Shown: positions 1 through 12,833, counted from the stretch's first letter. The stretch is 64,000 nucleotides of DNA from Gemmatimonadaceae bacterium (GCA_040901985.1 JBBDYC010000004.1:55097-119096); one strand, 5' to 3'. Numbers and translations are program-made. The notes: generated from the letters alone by a model not told the origin.

Positions 1-1155
1 GGGGGGCACGTTGGGGCGGGCGGGGGGGCGGGCGCCGCCGATGACGAGCCAGAGAAAGCCGACGCCGAGCAGCGCGAGGCCGAGCACCATCTTCATCGCC
101 GTGCTCGGCTCCTTGCCGCGCTTCTGCGCCGCCTGCCAGAGGCCGGCGAAGACCGGCGCGAAGAGCAGGATGAAGAAGGAGTTCACCGACTGGAACCAGC
201 CGGTGGGGATCTCGTAGTTGCCGACCATCCGGTCCGTGTGCCGGTCGGCGAAGATGTTCATCGAGCTTCCGGCCTGCTCGAAGGCCATCCAGAAGAAGAC
301 CACGAAGAAGATGACGATGATCAACGCGATCACGCGCTTGAGGTCGTCGCCGCGCGAGCCGAGGAGCGCGATGCCGAACGAGCCGCCGATGATCGCCGCG
401 AAGGCGACGCCCATCAACGACCACCCGGCGGTGAGGAGCAGGAGCGCGAGGCCGACGGTGGCGCCGGCCGGCCCGTGCCACCAGTGCATCGTGCCGCTGC
501 CGCTCGAGAGCGCGGCGGCGCGGCGTGCCGCCAGCACCTCGCGCGTCGGGGCGATGCCGATGCCGGGCAAGTACCGGTCCTTCCAGAGTTGATAGGCAAT
601 CAGGCCGGCGACCATCCCGACGCCGGCGGCGCCGAACCCCCAGTGCCAGCCGAAGCGCGGGCTGCTCGCGAGGTAGCCACACACGAGCGGCCCGAGGAAG
701 CCGCCGAGATTGATGCCCATGTAGAAGATCGTGAAGCCGGCATCGCGCCGCGGGTCGCCGTCCGGGTAGAGCTGGCCGACCATCGTCGAGACGTTCGACT
801 TGAAGAATCCGGTGCCGATGATGACGAGGCCGAGGCCGAGGTAAAACGTCGTCATCCCCTGGATGGCCAGCGCGAAGTGCCCGGCCGCGATCACGATGCC
901 GCCAATCACGAGCGCCTTCCGCGTCCCGAGGACGTTGTCGGCCAGCCAGCCGCCGATCAGCGGCGTGAGATAGACGAGGCCAGTGTAGGTGCCGTACAGC
1001 TGGTAGGCGTTGCCATCTGGCCAGCCGAGGCCGTTGACGAGGAAGAGGACGAGCAGCGCGCGCATCCCGTAGTACGAGAAGCGCTCCCACATCTCGACGG
1101 CGAAGAGCAGGCCGAGGCCGGCGGGGTGGCCGAAAAAGGCGCGATCGGAGGACAT
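1..1155 (-). CDS. POT/PTR family proton-dependent oligopeptide MFS transporter (3' end runs off the window)
   Basis: Not in ORF track. Minus-strand read from ATG at 1155 gives MSSDRAFFGHPAGLGLLFAVEMWERFSYYGMRALL, the POT ExxERFxYYG signature, followed by GTGFFKSN and FYMGINLGGFLG motifs. Confidence 0.93.
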   Translation of the reverse strand, partial: MSSDRAFFGHPAGLGLLFAVEMWERFSYYGMRALLVLFLVNGLGWPDGNAYQLYGTYTGLVYLTPLIGGWLADNVLGTRKALVIGGIVIAAGHFALAIQGMTTFYLGLGLVIIGTGFFKSNVSTMVGQLYPDGDPRRDAGFTIFYMGINLGGFLGPLVCGYLASSPRFGWHWGFGAAGVGMVAGLIAYQLWKDRYLPGIGIAPTREVLAARRAAALSSGSGTMHWWHGPAGATVGLALLLLTAGWSLMGVAFAAIIGGSFGIALLGSRGDDLKRVIALIIVIFFVVFFWMAFEQAGSSMNIFADRHTDRMVGNYEIPTGWFQSVNSFFILLFAPVFAGLWQAAQKRGKEPSTAMKMVLGLALLGVGFLWLVIGGARPPARPNVPP

Positions 1156-1177
1156 GGCATCGGGCTGGAGGGTGGGC

Positions 1178-2986
1178 CTACCGGGACACCTTCGGACATG
1201 CCACCCACCGTCCCGGCGCGAGTTCCACCAGCTCCGGGCGCGTCACCTGACACGCCGCGTCGCGGCCCGGGTGCGGGCACCGCGGGTGGAACGCGCATCC
1301 GGCCGGCGGATGCAGGGGCGAGGGGAACTCGCCCCGCAGGACGATCCGTGCCGCGCGCGCCGCCGGGTCACCGGTGGGCATCGCCGAACGGAGGGCAACG
1401 GTGTACGGCATCCACGGGACTTCGAGCGCGGCCGGCGACTCCGACCGCTCGACCACCCGACCGAGATACATCACGGCAACGCGCGACGCCAGTCGGCGGA
1501 CCGCGTCGAGGTCGTGGGAGATGAAGAGGAGGGCGAGGCCGTGTCGCCGTCGCAGCCGATCGAGCAGGTCGAGGATCTGGTCCCGCACCTCGGCGTCCAC
1601 CGCCGCCACCGGCTCGTCGCAGACGAGGAGGTCGGGTGCCGGCGCGAGTGCGCGGGCGATCGCGACGCGCTGGCGCTCGCCGCTCGAAAGCTCGCCTGGC
1701 CGTCGCGCCGCGAAGGAGGCGGCAAGGCCCACCTCGTCGAGTACGGCGAGCATCCGATGCTCGGCGGCGGCGCCCTCGGCGACGCCGTGGACCTCGAGCC
1801 CCTCGCGCACGAGCTCCCCGACCGTGCGTTGCGGCGTCAGTGAGGCGCCGGCGTCCTGCGGCACGAGTTGCATCCGCCGACGCAGCCGACGCAACCGCTC
1901 GCCGTCGAGCACGGTGATCTCCTCGCCGGCGAAGCGCACGGACCCGCCGGTGACCGGCGTGAGCCGGAGGATCGCGCGGGCGAGGGTCGTCTTTCCGCAG
2001 CCGCTCTCGCCGACCAGGCCGAGGCACTCGCCGCGGCCAAGCGAGAGCGAGACGCCGTCCACCGCGCGCACGACGCCGCCGACGCGCCGGCGTGGCCCCT
2101 GCGGCGCGACGAACGCGACCGCGAGGTCCCGGACGTCGAGGAGCGGCTTCCGCTCGGCTTCCGCGAGGTTGCGCTCCACGGCCTCGGCGGCGGGCGGGCG
2201 GGGCCGGACGAGGCGCGCGCCGACGACGGAGGCGGCGTCGCCGTCCTCGACGATCCGACCCTCGTCGAGCACGAGCACCCGCTCGCAGCGTTCGCCGACG
2301 ACGGCGAGGTCGTGCGAGATCAGCAGCAGCGCCGTGCGCGACCGCTCGCGCAAGGCGTCGAGGAGGTCGAGGATCTGCGCCTGCAGCGTCGGGTCGAGCG
2401 CCGTCGTCGGTTCGTCGGCAATCAACACTTCGGGCTCGAGGAGGAGCGCCATCGCAAGGAGGAGGCGCTGGCGCATCCCGCCGGAGAGCTCGTGCGGATA
2501 GCGCCGCGCCGCGGCGCGCGCATCGCCGATGCCGACGCGCGAGAGCATCTCGACCGCCGACTCCGTCGCCGCCGGGCCATCGGCGAGGCCGTGGGTCCGC
2601 AGTGCCTCGACGAGCTGCGCGCCGACCCGCTGCGTGGGGTCGAGCGCGGTGAGGGGCTCCTGGAAGACCATCGAGAGCCGCCGACCGCGGACCGACCGCA
2701 TGGCCTCGGCGTCCAGCGCGAGCAGGTCGTCGTCACCGAGGCGCATCGTGCTCCCCGGTGTCGGGCGAAGTCCGCGCGGCAGCAGGCCGAGCAGGGCGTT
2801 GCCGACGGTGGACTTTCCGGCGCCCGAGCGGCCGACGAGTCCGACGCTGCTGCCGGCCGCCAGCGTGAAGGAGACGTCGTCGAGGATCCGGCGCGCCGTC
2901 GTGCCGGATCCGGACTCGATCCCCAGCCGTTCGACGAGCAGCGCGGCCGCGGGCGCCGCGGGAGTGGTCGTCGCGGGGGCGGTCAT
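1178..2986 (-). CDS. Dipeptide/oligopeptide ABC transporter ATP-binding protein with two fused ATPase domains (OppD-OppF-like)
   Basis: Two Walker A motifs (GRSGAGKS, GESGCGKT), signatures LSGGMRQR and LSSGERQR, and a C-terminal GCAFHPRCP domain. Start at ATG 2986 overlaps the upstream stop (ATGA). Confidence 0.92.
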   Translation of the reverse strand: MTAPATTTPAAPAAALLVERLGIESGSGTTARRILDDVSFTLAAGSSVGLVGRSGAGKSTVGNALLGLLPRGLRPTPGSTMRLGDDDLLALDAEAMRSVRGRRLSMVFQEPLTALDPTQRVGAQLVEALRTHGLADGPAATESAVEMLSRVGIGDARAAARRYPHELSGGMRQRLLLAMALLLEPEVLIADEPTTALDPTLQAQILDLLDALRERSRTALLLISHDLAVVGERCERVLVLDEGRIVEDGDAASVVGARLVRPRPPAAEAVERNLAEAERKPLLDVRDLAVAFVAPQGPRRRVGGVVRAVDGVSLSLGRGECLGLVGESGCGKTTLARAILRLTPVTGGSVRFAGEEITVLDGERLRRLRRRMQLVPQDAGASLTPQRTVGELVREGLEVHGVAEGAAAEHRMLAVLDEVGLAASFAARRPGELSSGERQRVAIARALAPAPDLLVCDEPVAAVDAEVRDQILDLLDRLRRRHGLALLFISHDLDAVRRLASRVAVMYLGRVVERSESPAALEVPWMPYTVALRSAMPTGDPAARAARIVLRGEFPSPLHPPAGCAFHPRCPHPGRDAACQVTRPELVELAPGRWVACPKVSR

Positions 2987-3786
2987 CGCGTCCGCGCCTC
3001 GTCGGCGCCCAATCGCTCGGCGAGCACGTTCGCGGCCAGCACGGCGACCACGATCCCGAGCGTCGGGAAGACGACGAGCCACCAGGCGTGGAGGATCCTG
3101 CCCTCGGCCTCGAGGATGATGTTCCCCCAGCTTGGCGACGGCGGGCGGACGCCAAGGCCGAGGAAGGAGAGGCCGGCCTCCAGCGGGATTGCGGCGGCAA
3201 AGGCGATTGTCGCGGCCGTCGCGAGCGTGGGCGCGAGTCCGGGGAGCACGTGGCGACGCCACAGGCGTCGGGCCGGCACGCCGAGCGCGCGGGCGCCTTG
3301 GACGTGATCGGTCGCCAGGAGGCGGCGCGTCTCCTGGCGCACGAGCCGCGCGGTGGTCATCCATCCCGTGGCGCCGAGGATGAGCGCCAGCAGCGGCGGC
3401 GAGAGCGGACCGGCGCCGGCGACGACGAGCAGGAGGAGGAGGAGCCGGGGGATTGCGAGCACGCTGTCGGTGAGGCGCATCAACGCCGCATCCACCCACC
3501 GTCCGGCAAGGGCCGCCGCGGCGCCGACCGCGCTGCCCACGCTGAGGGCGACGACGACGGCAAGCAGCGCGATCCCGAGCGAGGCCCGTGCGCCGAAGAG
3601 GACGCGGCTCAGCACGTCGCGCGAGTACGGATCGGTGCCGAAGGGGTGCGCCCAGGTCGGCGCCTGCAACGCGAGGCCGATCGGATCGGGTTGGGCGTTC
3701 GGGTCGAATGGCGCCAGCCACGGCGCGGCGACGGCCGCCGCAGCCAGCGCGACGAGGACGAGCAGCGGCCACCGCACGCGTCGCAT
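2983..3786 (-). CDS. Peptide ABC transporter permease (OppC/DppC-like)
   Basis: HPFGTDPYSRDVLSRVLFGARASL and EAGLSFLGLG...PSWG motifs. Start re-set to ATG 3786. Confidence 0.92.
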   Translation of the reverse strand: MRRVRWPLLVLVALAAAAVAAPWLAPFDPNAQPDPIGLALQAPTWAHPFGTDPYSRDVLSRVLFGARASLGIALLAVVVALSVGSAVGAAAALAGRWVDAALMRLTDSVLAIPRLLLLLLVVAGAGPLSPPLLALILGATGWMTTARLVRQETRRLLATDHVQGARALGVPARRLWRRHVLPGLAPTLATAATIAFAAAIPLEAGLSFLGLGVRPPSPSWGNIILEAEGRILHAWWLVVFPTLGIVVAVLAANVLAERLGADEARTR

Positions 3787-4748
3787 CAGAGCCGCGTCCG
3801 GAGGCGCGGGTCGGCCCACAGCACGGCGAGGTCGGCGATGAGCGTCGCGACCACCACGCCGATGCTGCTGACGATCACGCCCCCGGCGACGAGCGGGTAG
3901 TCACGCCCGAGCACGGCGTCCACCATCGTCCGTCCCATTCCCGGCCACGCGAAGATCCGCTCGACCAGCACCGCGCCGCCGAGCAGCGACGGGAGGATCA
4001 CGCCGGTGAGCGTGAGGACGGGCACCAGCGCGTTCCGGAGCGCGTGGCGGGCGATTGTGCGCTCGCGGGTCCCGCGCGCGCGGGAGGCGCGGACGAACTC
4101 CGCGTCGCGCACGGCCCGCATCGCGGCGCGCTGATGGCGCGCGACGATCGCGGCGAGCACGAGCGCGAGGGTGAACGCGGGGAGCGCGAGGTGGTGCAGC
4201 ACGTCAACGATCCCGGCGAGGCCTCGCGGTCCGAACTCGGTGCGCATCCCACCGATGGGGAAGAGGCCCCACGCCAGCGCCGGGCCGAGCGCGAGGAGGA
4301 GGGCGACCACGAACTCGGGGATGGAGAGGACGACCAGCGCGAGCCGGTCGGTGGCGGCGGCAAGGCGCGACTCGGCGCGCCACCCCTGCCACGCGCCGAG
4401 CAGGACCCCGCCGACCAGGCCGAGGAGGAGGGCGCTGGCCATCAGGAGCGCGGTATTGGGGAGCACCTCGCGCAACACGGCACTCACCGGCCGTCCGCGC
4501 GAGTGGGACCATCCGAGATCGCCGCGGACGACGCCGCCGAGGAAGCGGAGGTATTGGTCGGTCAGCGGGCGATCGTAGCCGAACTGCTCGCGCAACAGCG
4601 CGGCCGATTCGGGTGGGACGCCCGGCTCCTCGAGCGCCGCGAAGAACGGATCGCCCGGCGCGAGGCGGATCAGCGCGAAACAGGTGGTGACGACGACGAG
4701 GACGACGGCCGTCGCCTGCAGGAGCCGACTGCGCAGGACGCGAATCAC
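3786..4748 (-). CDS. Peptide ABC transporter permease (OppB/DppB-like)
   Basis: APGDP, GDLGWS, HALRNALVP, ERIFAWPGMG and RDYPLV motifs. Confidence 0.92.
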   Translation of the reverse strand: MIRVLRSRLLQATAVVLVVVTTCFALIRLAPGDPFFAALEEPGVPPESAALLREQFGYDRPLTDQYLRFLGGVVRGDLGWSHSRGRPVSAVLREVLPNTALLMASALLLGLVGGVLLGAWQGWRAESRLAAATDRLALVVLSIPEFVVALLLALGPALAWGLFPIGGMRTEFGPRGLAGIVDVLHHLALPAFTLALVLAAIVARHQRAAMRAVRDAEFVRASRARGTRERTIARHALRNALVPVLTLTGVILPSLLGGAVLVERIFAWPGMGRTMVDAVLGRDYPLVAGGVIVSSIGVVVATLIADLAVLWADPRLRTRL

Positions 4749-4760
4749 GCGCCCCGACGC

Positions 4761-6416
4761 TCAGGGCGCGGTCGGACGCGCATCGCGCGGCAGGCGCGCG
4801 GTCGGGTCCACCGACCACTCGGGCAGCGCGCGCCACCAGCCGTCCGATCGCCAGGCCGGCATCCGGAGGCGCGTGTGCACGGCCGCCATCGCCCGCGGCT
4901 CGTACAGGAAGAGCGCAGCGGCGTCGTCCACGATGATCTGGTAGGCGTCACGGAAACGGCGGCGTGCGGCAACGGGATCCATCGCCGCGACGCCGGCCTC
5001 GACTGCCGCATCGAACGCGGCGCTCGCGTAGCTTCCGTCGTTCTGGCCGCCGCGACCGTCGGGGGTGCGGCTCATCCACGTCCCGCGCAGCCCGCGCGGA
5101 CTCGGCGTCGTCAGCCAACCGCCGAAGACAACGTCAAAGTGCCCCGCCATCCGCTTGGTCGTGAAGACGCGATTCTCGGCTCGCTCGATCTCCATCGCCA
5201 CGCCGACCTGGCGCAGCTGCTCCTGCATCAGCACCGCGGCGCGCTCGCGATTCCGGCTCGAGCCCGGGACGAGCGCGGTGAAGGTGAGCCGCCGCCCGTC
5301 GCGACGGCGAATCCCGTCCCGCGCGCCCAAACGCCAGCCGAGCGAGTCGAGGAGGAGGGCAGCGGCGGCGCGATCGAACGGGAGCTGCCGGACGGTCGTG
5401 TCGGAGGTATGCTGCGCGCGGACGAAGGGTCCGTGGAGCGGGAGCGCGAGCGTGTCGAAGATCGCCCGCACGAGTCCCGGGCGGTCCACCGCCATCGCGA
5501 TGGCGCGCCGCATCGCGTGGTCGCGGAAGAGCGGATGCGGCCGGTCGCGGTCGGACCGATCGCGGAAATTAAAGGCGGCGAACGCGTACTCGAATGCTCC
5601 CGAGGGGACGACGCGGACGTGCGCGTGCCGCGCGGCCTCGGCGAGGTCGGCGGCGGGGAGGAGCTCCCAGACGTCCGCTTCGCCCGCCCAGAGCTTGGCG
5701 AGGCCGGTCGCCGGCTCGGGTGCGACGCTCAGCACGACGCGGTCGAGCCGCGCGCGGCCGCGGTAGTGATCGTCCACCGCGACGAGTTCGAGCCGCGAGA
5801 GGGGTTCCCACGAGACGAGCCGGTACGGCCCGCTGCCGATGCCTTGGCGTGCGAGATCGCTCGTGGCCAACGGCGCGCCGGCGGGCGGAAGGAGGTGCGT
5901 CGGGAGCGGGAAGATCCGCGCCGCCGTGTAGAACTGCTCGAGCGAGCGCCTGGCGAAGTGCAGCGTGACCGTGCGGTCGCCGTCGAGGGCGATCGAGTCG
6001 AGGTCGCTGAGCTCGTTGCGGAGCGACGAGCCATTGGCCGGATCGCGGATCGCGGCGAGTCCGCTGAGGAGGTCCCGGCCGAGGACCGGCTGGCCGTCGT
6101 GCCAACGCGCCGCCGGGTTGATCTCGAAGCTGATGGCGAGCGAGTCGGCGCTCCAGCGCCAGCGCCGGGCGAGGCGGGGCTCGAAGCCGTCGTCGCCGAA
6201 GGTGTTGAGCGCCGGGCCGATCTCGGCGAGGCGGTCGAAGAGCAGTTCGGAGACCAGGCGTCCCTGCGAGGTCCGCACCAGTGGCGGCAGCAGCGCGTCG
6301 GCATCGGCGGCGGCGGCGATGATCACCGTGCCGCCGACCGGGCCGCGCGCGGGGTCACCGCCGACGCAGGCCGCGGCCGCTGCAGCGGCAAGGAGGACAC
6401 GGGAAAGGCGGCGCAT
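4761..6416 (-). CDS. Peptide ABC transporter substrate-binding lipoprotein (family 5)
   Basis: Lipoprotein-like signal (AAAC), ARWHDG, GSGPYRL and RRAIAMAVDR motifs. First gene of the ABC operon. Confidence 0.9.
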   Translation of the reverse strand: MRRLSRVLLAAAAAAACVGGDPARGPVGGTVIIAAAADADALLPPLVRTSQGRLVSELLFDRLAEIGPALNTFGDDGFEPRLARRWRWSADSLAISFEINPAARWHDGQPVLGRDLLSGLAAIRDPANGSSLRNELSDLDSIALDGDRTVTLHFARRSLEQFYTAARIFPLPTHLLPPAGAPLATSDLARQGIGSGPYRLVSWEPLSRLELVAVDDHYRGRARLDRVVLSVAPEPATGLAKLWAGEADVWELLPAADLAEAARHAHVRVVPSGAFEYAFAAFNFRDRSDRDRPHPLFRDHAMRRAIAMAVDRPGLVRAIFDTLALPLHGPFVRAQHTSDTTVRQLPFDRAAAALLLDSLGWRLGARDGIRRRDGRRLTFTALVPGSSRNRERAAVLMQEQLRQVGVAMEIERAENRVFTTKRMAGHFDVVFGGWLTTPSPRGLRGTWMSRTPDGRGGQNDGSYASAAFDAAVEAGVAAMDPVAARRRFRDAYQIIVDDAAALFLYEPRAMAAVHTRLRMPAWRSDGWWRALPEWSVDPTARLPRDARPTAP

Positions 6417-6467
6417 CGGGAACCGGGTCGGAGGACGAGCGACGCGTGGACGGCGAACGTTACGGTC

Positions 6468-7223
6468 CTAGCGCCGCCACGTCCACTTGGGGTCGAGAAA
6501 GCGCGGGCGCGCGGCGACGACCTGCTCGGCGAGCTCGTCCGCCGCCAGGCCGCTCACCGCGTCGCGGCCGACGGTCGCGACGAGTGCGATGGTCAGCGCG
6601 TCGCGCACCTCACCATAGGCAACGTTGCGCCCGAGCAGGGCGTTGAGGGTGGCCGGCGCGCTCGCTCCGAGTCGGGATTGGTCGTCGGCGAGCAGGAGGG
6701 ATCCGTGCTGCAGCAGGGAGTGCTCGTCCCGCCGCTGGGCGCTCCCGACCAGCTTGCCGCCGTCCGCGACGATCTCGCCGAGATTCGGCTCGGCGAAGCA
6801 GGCGGCGCCGGTCGGTGCGGTGGCGCGGTGCCGGCGCGGGGCCTCGTGCGCGGTCACGCCGAGGCGCCTGAGCGCGGCGAGCAGTACGGCGTTGATGCCG
6901 CGCACGCTCTCGCCGATCGAGCACCCGGGCGACCCCTCGAGCGGCGCCGTCACGCTATACGTGACCTCGCGGTGGTGCAGCAGCGCACGGCCCCCGGTCG
7001 GCCGGCGCACCGCGTCGAGGCCATCGGCGGCGAGCGCCTCGGGCGTGAATCGCGCACGCTCGTGCACGCCGAACGAGACCGTCGGGCGGCTCCACGCGTA
7101 GACACGGAGCACCGCCTCGCCGCTGGTCGCCGCGCGCGCCATCAGCGCGACGTCGGTCGCCATATTCGTCGCGCCGTCGGCGGCGCCCGAATCGAGGACG
7201 CGCCAGCGCGGGGCGAGCAGCAC
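6468..7223 (-). CDS. Lipoate-protein ligase A / LipM-like octanoyltransferase
   Basis: NMATD, VRRPTGGRALLH, KLVGSAQ and LQHGSL motifs. Adjacent to gcvP. Start GTG 7223 chosen just downstream of the small ORF's stop. Confidence 0.88.
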   Translation of the reverse strand: MLLAPRWRVLDSGAADGATNMATDVALMARAATSGEAVLRVYAWSRPTVSFGVHERARFTPEALAADGLDAVRRPTGGRALLHHREVTYSVTAPLEGSPGCSIGESVRGINAVLLAALRRLGVTAHEAPRRHRATAPTGAACFAEPNLGEIVADGGKLVGSAQRRDEHSLLQHGSLLLADDQSRLGASAPATLNALLGRNVAYGEVRDALTIALVATVGRDAVSGLAADELAEQVVAARPRFLDPKWTWRR

Positions 7224-7225
7224 CG

Positions 7226-7384
7226 TCAGCGAACGATCAGATAGTAGACCACGTAGAACCAGCTGAAGATGCCGTGCACGATTGCCCAGAGCACCGAGTG
7301 GTTGACGCTCCACGAGATGGCGATCGCCAGCGCGGACCCGAAACTGATCCCGGCGCGGGTGACTTCGACGCGTGTGGATGACAT
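7226..7384 (-). CDS. Small (52 aa) hydrophobic membrane protein
   Basis: ATG at 7384 with GGGAGG upstream. Translates MSSTRVEVTRAGISFGSALAIAISWSVNHSVLWAIVHGIFSWFYVVYYLIVR*. Too short for the ORF track. Confidence 0.75.
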   Translation of the reverse strand: MSSTRVEVTRAGISFGSALAIAISWSVNHSVLWAIVHGIFSWFYVVYYLIVR

Positions 7385-7485
7385 ACCCGAATCTACCTCC
7401 CATTCCCACCGTGAGTAACTTTCAGGGAACCTGCCGGCCCGTTCACGGTCCTACCGGCGTCCCGCGCCCCTGAGGAATCCCGCCA

Positions 7486-10368
<2,883 letters not shown>

Positions 10369-10374
10369 CCCGCC

Positions 10375-10761
10375 CTACTCGCCGAGGTGCGCCTTGTACG
10401 CGGCCGCGTCCATCAGGCCCTTCAGCGTCGCCGGATCCACCTTCAGCTTGATCATCCAGCCGTCGCCGTAGGGGTCGTTGTTCACGAGTGCCGGTTCGCC
10501 GTCGAGCTTCGGGTTCACCTCGACGATCTCCCCGGCAAGCGGCGAGAAGAGCTCCGACACCGCCTTGACGGCCTCAATGGTCCCGAAGACGTCGTGCTCC
10601 CTGAACGTCTTGCCGACGGCGGGCAGGTCGAGGAAGACGATGTCGCCCAGTTCACCCTGCGCGTAGTCGGTGATGCCAACGAGGACGACCTTCGGGTCGC
10701 TCGTCTTCTTCACGTACTCGTGGTCCTTCGTGAAGAGGAGCTCCTGCGGGATGGACGACAC
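10375..10761 (-). CDS. gcvH: Glycine cleavage system H protein
   Basis: GITDYAQGELGDIVF, lipoyl site EAVKAVSE, and NNDPYGDGW. Confidence 0.97.
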   Translation of the reverse strand: MSSIPQELLFTKDHEYVKKTSDPKVVLVGITDYAQGELGDIVFLDLPAVGKTFREHDVFGTIEAVKAVSELFSPLAGEIVEVNPKLDGEPALVNNDPYGDGWMIKLKVDPATLKGLMDAAAYKAHLGE

Positions 10762-10840
10762 GCGCGACTCCGTGCGGGGGAAAGGCCTATCGGACGGGAC
10801 TGACGGGCGAGGCGAACGCTACCCGACGCCCGGGCGATGG

Positions 10841-11455
10841 TCAAGCTCCGGTGGGTCCGGCCTCGGCGGTGAGCACGTGCCAAAGCGCCTCGACCTGCGC
10901 GGCCAGCGCCTCACGGGTGCCGCCATTGTCAATCAGGTGATGCGCCCTGGCGCGCTTGCGGTCGGCCGGCATCTGCGCGGCGATCATCGCGTCGGCCTCG
11001 TCGGTGGCGAGTCCGCGGTCGTGGACCAGTCGGGCGCGCCGCACGTCGACCGGCGCGTCCACCAGGACAATCCGGTCCACCGACGCCTCGAGGCCGACCT
11101 CGAAGAGCAGTGGGATGTCGCAGACCACGACGCGTGCGTGCGCCGCGCGGGCGCGCGCGATGGCCGCGGCGCGCAGCCGTTCGACTTCCGGATGGACGAT
11201 GGCATCGAGGGCGGCGCGCTCGGCCGGGTCCCGGAAGACAATCTCCCGGAGCGCGCCGCGGTCGAGCTCGCCACTCGGGGCGAGGGCCTTCGCTCCCCAG
11301 CGCGCCACGATGGCGGCGAGCCCGGCCGATCCCGGCGCCACGGCCTCGCGCGCCAGCACGTCGGCGTCAATGATGGTCGCGCCGCGCGCCGCCAGCTGCG
11401 CGGCGACCGCGGATTTCCCGGCGGCGATGTTCCCAGTCAGGCCGACGATCAGCAT
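10841..11455 (-). CDS. coaE: Dephospho-CoA kinase
   Basis: GLTGNIAAGKS, IIDADVLAR, IVHP and DIPLLFE motifs. Confidence 0.96.
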   Translation of the reverse strand: MLIVGLTGNIAAGKSAVAAQLAARGATIIDADVLAREAVAPGSAGLAAIVARWGAKALAPSGELDRGALREIVFRDPAERAALDAIVHPEVERLRAAAIARARAAHARVVVCDIPLLFEVGLEASVDRIVLVDAPVDVRRARLVHDRGLATDEADAMIAAQMPADRKRARAHHLIDNGGTREALAAQVEALWHVLTAEAGPTGA

Positions 11456-11491
11456 CGGCTAATCGTACGGCCGCCGCGTACATTTCGCACC

Positions 11492-12055
11492 ATGCAGCGT
11501 CCCCGGCCCGCGTTCTCGCTCATCGAAGTGGTGTTGGTGCTCACCCTCATCGGCATCGTGGCCGGCTGGGCGATCACCAACCTGCGGGCGAGCGGCTATC
11601 AGATGGACTCAAACGTCCGGCTCCTGCAGAACGCGATGATTGGCGCACAACAGACGGCAATCACGCGCAACGTGACTGTGCAGGTGATGTTTGACGCGAC
11701 CCTCCAGCGGATCCGGATCCTGCAGGACGCTGACGACGATGGCACGGCGTCGGAGAGCGAGGTGATGAGCTACCGGCCGCTCTTCGACGGCGCGCGCTTT
11801 CTCACGCCGGCGACGACGCTCGACGGCGCGCTCCCGTACTACCTGACCGGCCCCGGGGTGATCGAGACGGGGAACCCGCTGCAACGGGCGATCCGCATCA
11901 CCCCGAATGGCGCGCTCTCAGGCGATGTGGTGGTCTACCTCGGGACGACGGCCGCCCGACCGAACGACATGCGGGCGCTGACGATCATCGGCGCCACGGC
12001 GCGCACCGGATTCTGGAGCCACGCCACGGGCGCCTGGCGGCAGCGCGACTACTGA
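11492..12055 (+). CDS. FimT/GspH-like prepilin-type protein
   Basis: From ATG 11492: MQRPRPA|FSLIEVVLVLTLIGIVAGWA, a class III signal with F+1 and E+5, followed by AQQTAITRN. Confidence 0.85.
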   Translation: MQRPRPAFSLIEVVLVLTLIGIVAGWAITNLRASGYQMDSNVRLLQNAMIGAQQTAITRNVTVQVMFDATLQRIRILQDADDDGTASESEVMSYRPLFDGARFLTPATTLDGALPYYLTGPGVIETGNPLQRAIRITPNGALSGDVVVYLGTTAARPNDMRALTIIGATARTGFWSHATGAWRQRDY

Positions 12056-12062
12056 GCCCGCG

Positions 12063-12833
12063 CTAGCCGATTCGGCCGAGCTCGGCAAGAAAGTGATTGC
12101 TGGCCCAGGCGGCGCCTCCCTTGGCACGGATCTCCTGCGGCGTGGCGCCGAGGTACCGCTGGCAGGTGTTGCGAAAGGCCGAGCCGGAGGGGAACTCGAG
12201 CAGCCGGGCGACCCCGTCGGCGGTGCGGCGCTCGTCCTCCAGCATCTGCGCAGCGACGATCAGGCGGCCCCAGGTGATCAGCTTCTGCGGCGGCGGGCAG
12301 CCGGCGTCGGCGAGCGCCTTGAGGAGCGCGCGCTTGGGCGTGCCGCAGATCTCGGCGAGCCGGTGCGAGGTGAGCCGGAGGTGGGCGCGGGTGACGGCGA
12401 CCATGATGGCGTCGCGGACCGTCGGCGCAAAGTGGGCGACCCGCGGCCGGATGACCTGGGCGACCCCGCGCGCCTCGGCCCGCTCGAGCACCGCTCGGAA
12501 GGCCAGCGGGGTGTCGTCCTGGCCGGCGATGAGCAGGCCATCAATCCCGGCGCGGCCGGCGTCGAAGAGGTCGCGGGCGCGTTCCGGTGCCACGGTGACA
12601 TAGGCGACGAGGGTGATCCGCTCGGCGCGCATCTTGAGCCGGCGGAGGACGTCGAAGTTGGCCTTGCCGTCGGCGAAGAGGTCGAAGATGGCCAGCGACA
12701 CCGCCTCGTTCCTGCAGGCCGTCTCGAGTTCGTCCCACGTCCGGCACTGAAGGACGGTATGCTCACCGTGGACCGCCGTGCCCAGGCGCTGCAGGGCACG
12801 GGGGTCGGTGAGCATCGTGGCGAGCGTGGCCAT
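12063..12833 (-). CDS. Transcriptional regulator with C-terminal AraC-type HTH and receiver-like N-terminus
   Basis: C-terminal VARLLEFPSGSAFRNTCQRYLGATPQEIR resembles the second AraC HTH. N-terminal SLAIFDL resembles a receiver beta3 strand. Confidence 0.7.
   Translation of the reverse strand: MATLATMLTDPRALQRLGTAVHGEHTVLQCRTWDELETACRNEAVSLAIFDLFADGKANFDVLRRLKMRAERITLVAYVTVAPERARDLFDAGRAGIDGLLIAGQDDTPLAFRAVLERAEARGVAQVIRPRVAHFAPTVRDAIMVAVTRAHLRLTSHRLAEICGTPKRALLKALADAGCPPPQKLITWGRLIVAAQMLEDERRTADGVARLLEFPSGSAFRNTCQRYLGATPQEIRAKGGAAWASNHFLAELGRIG

Noticed and set aside
238..1524. 428-aa + strand ORF
   Set aside because: Antisense to the POT transporter, which carries a clear family signature.
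3588..7244. 1218-aa + strand ORF
   Set aside because: Antisense shadow of the ABC operon and lipoate ligase. It has no recognisable motifs, and long stop-free frames are expected at this GC content.
7385..7485. Glycine riboswitch upstream of gcvP (contains aactttcagg)
   Set aside because: The GGAGA and CCGAAG elements are not visible, and the 100-nt spacer is too short for the usual tandem aptamer.
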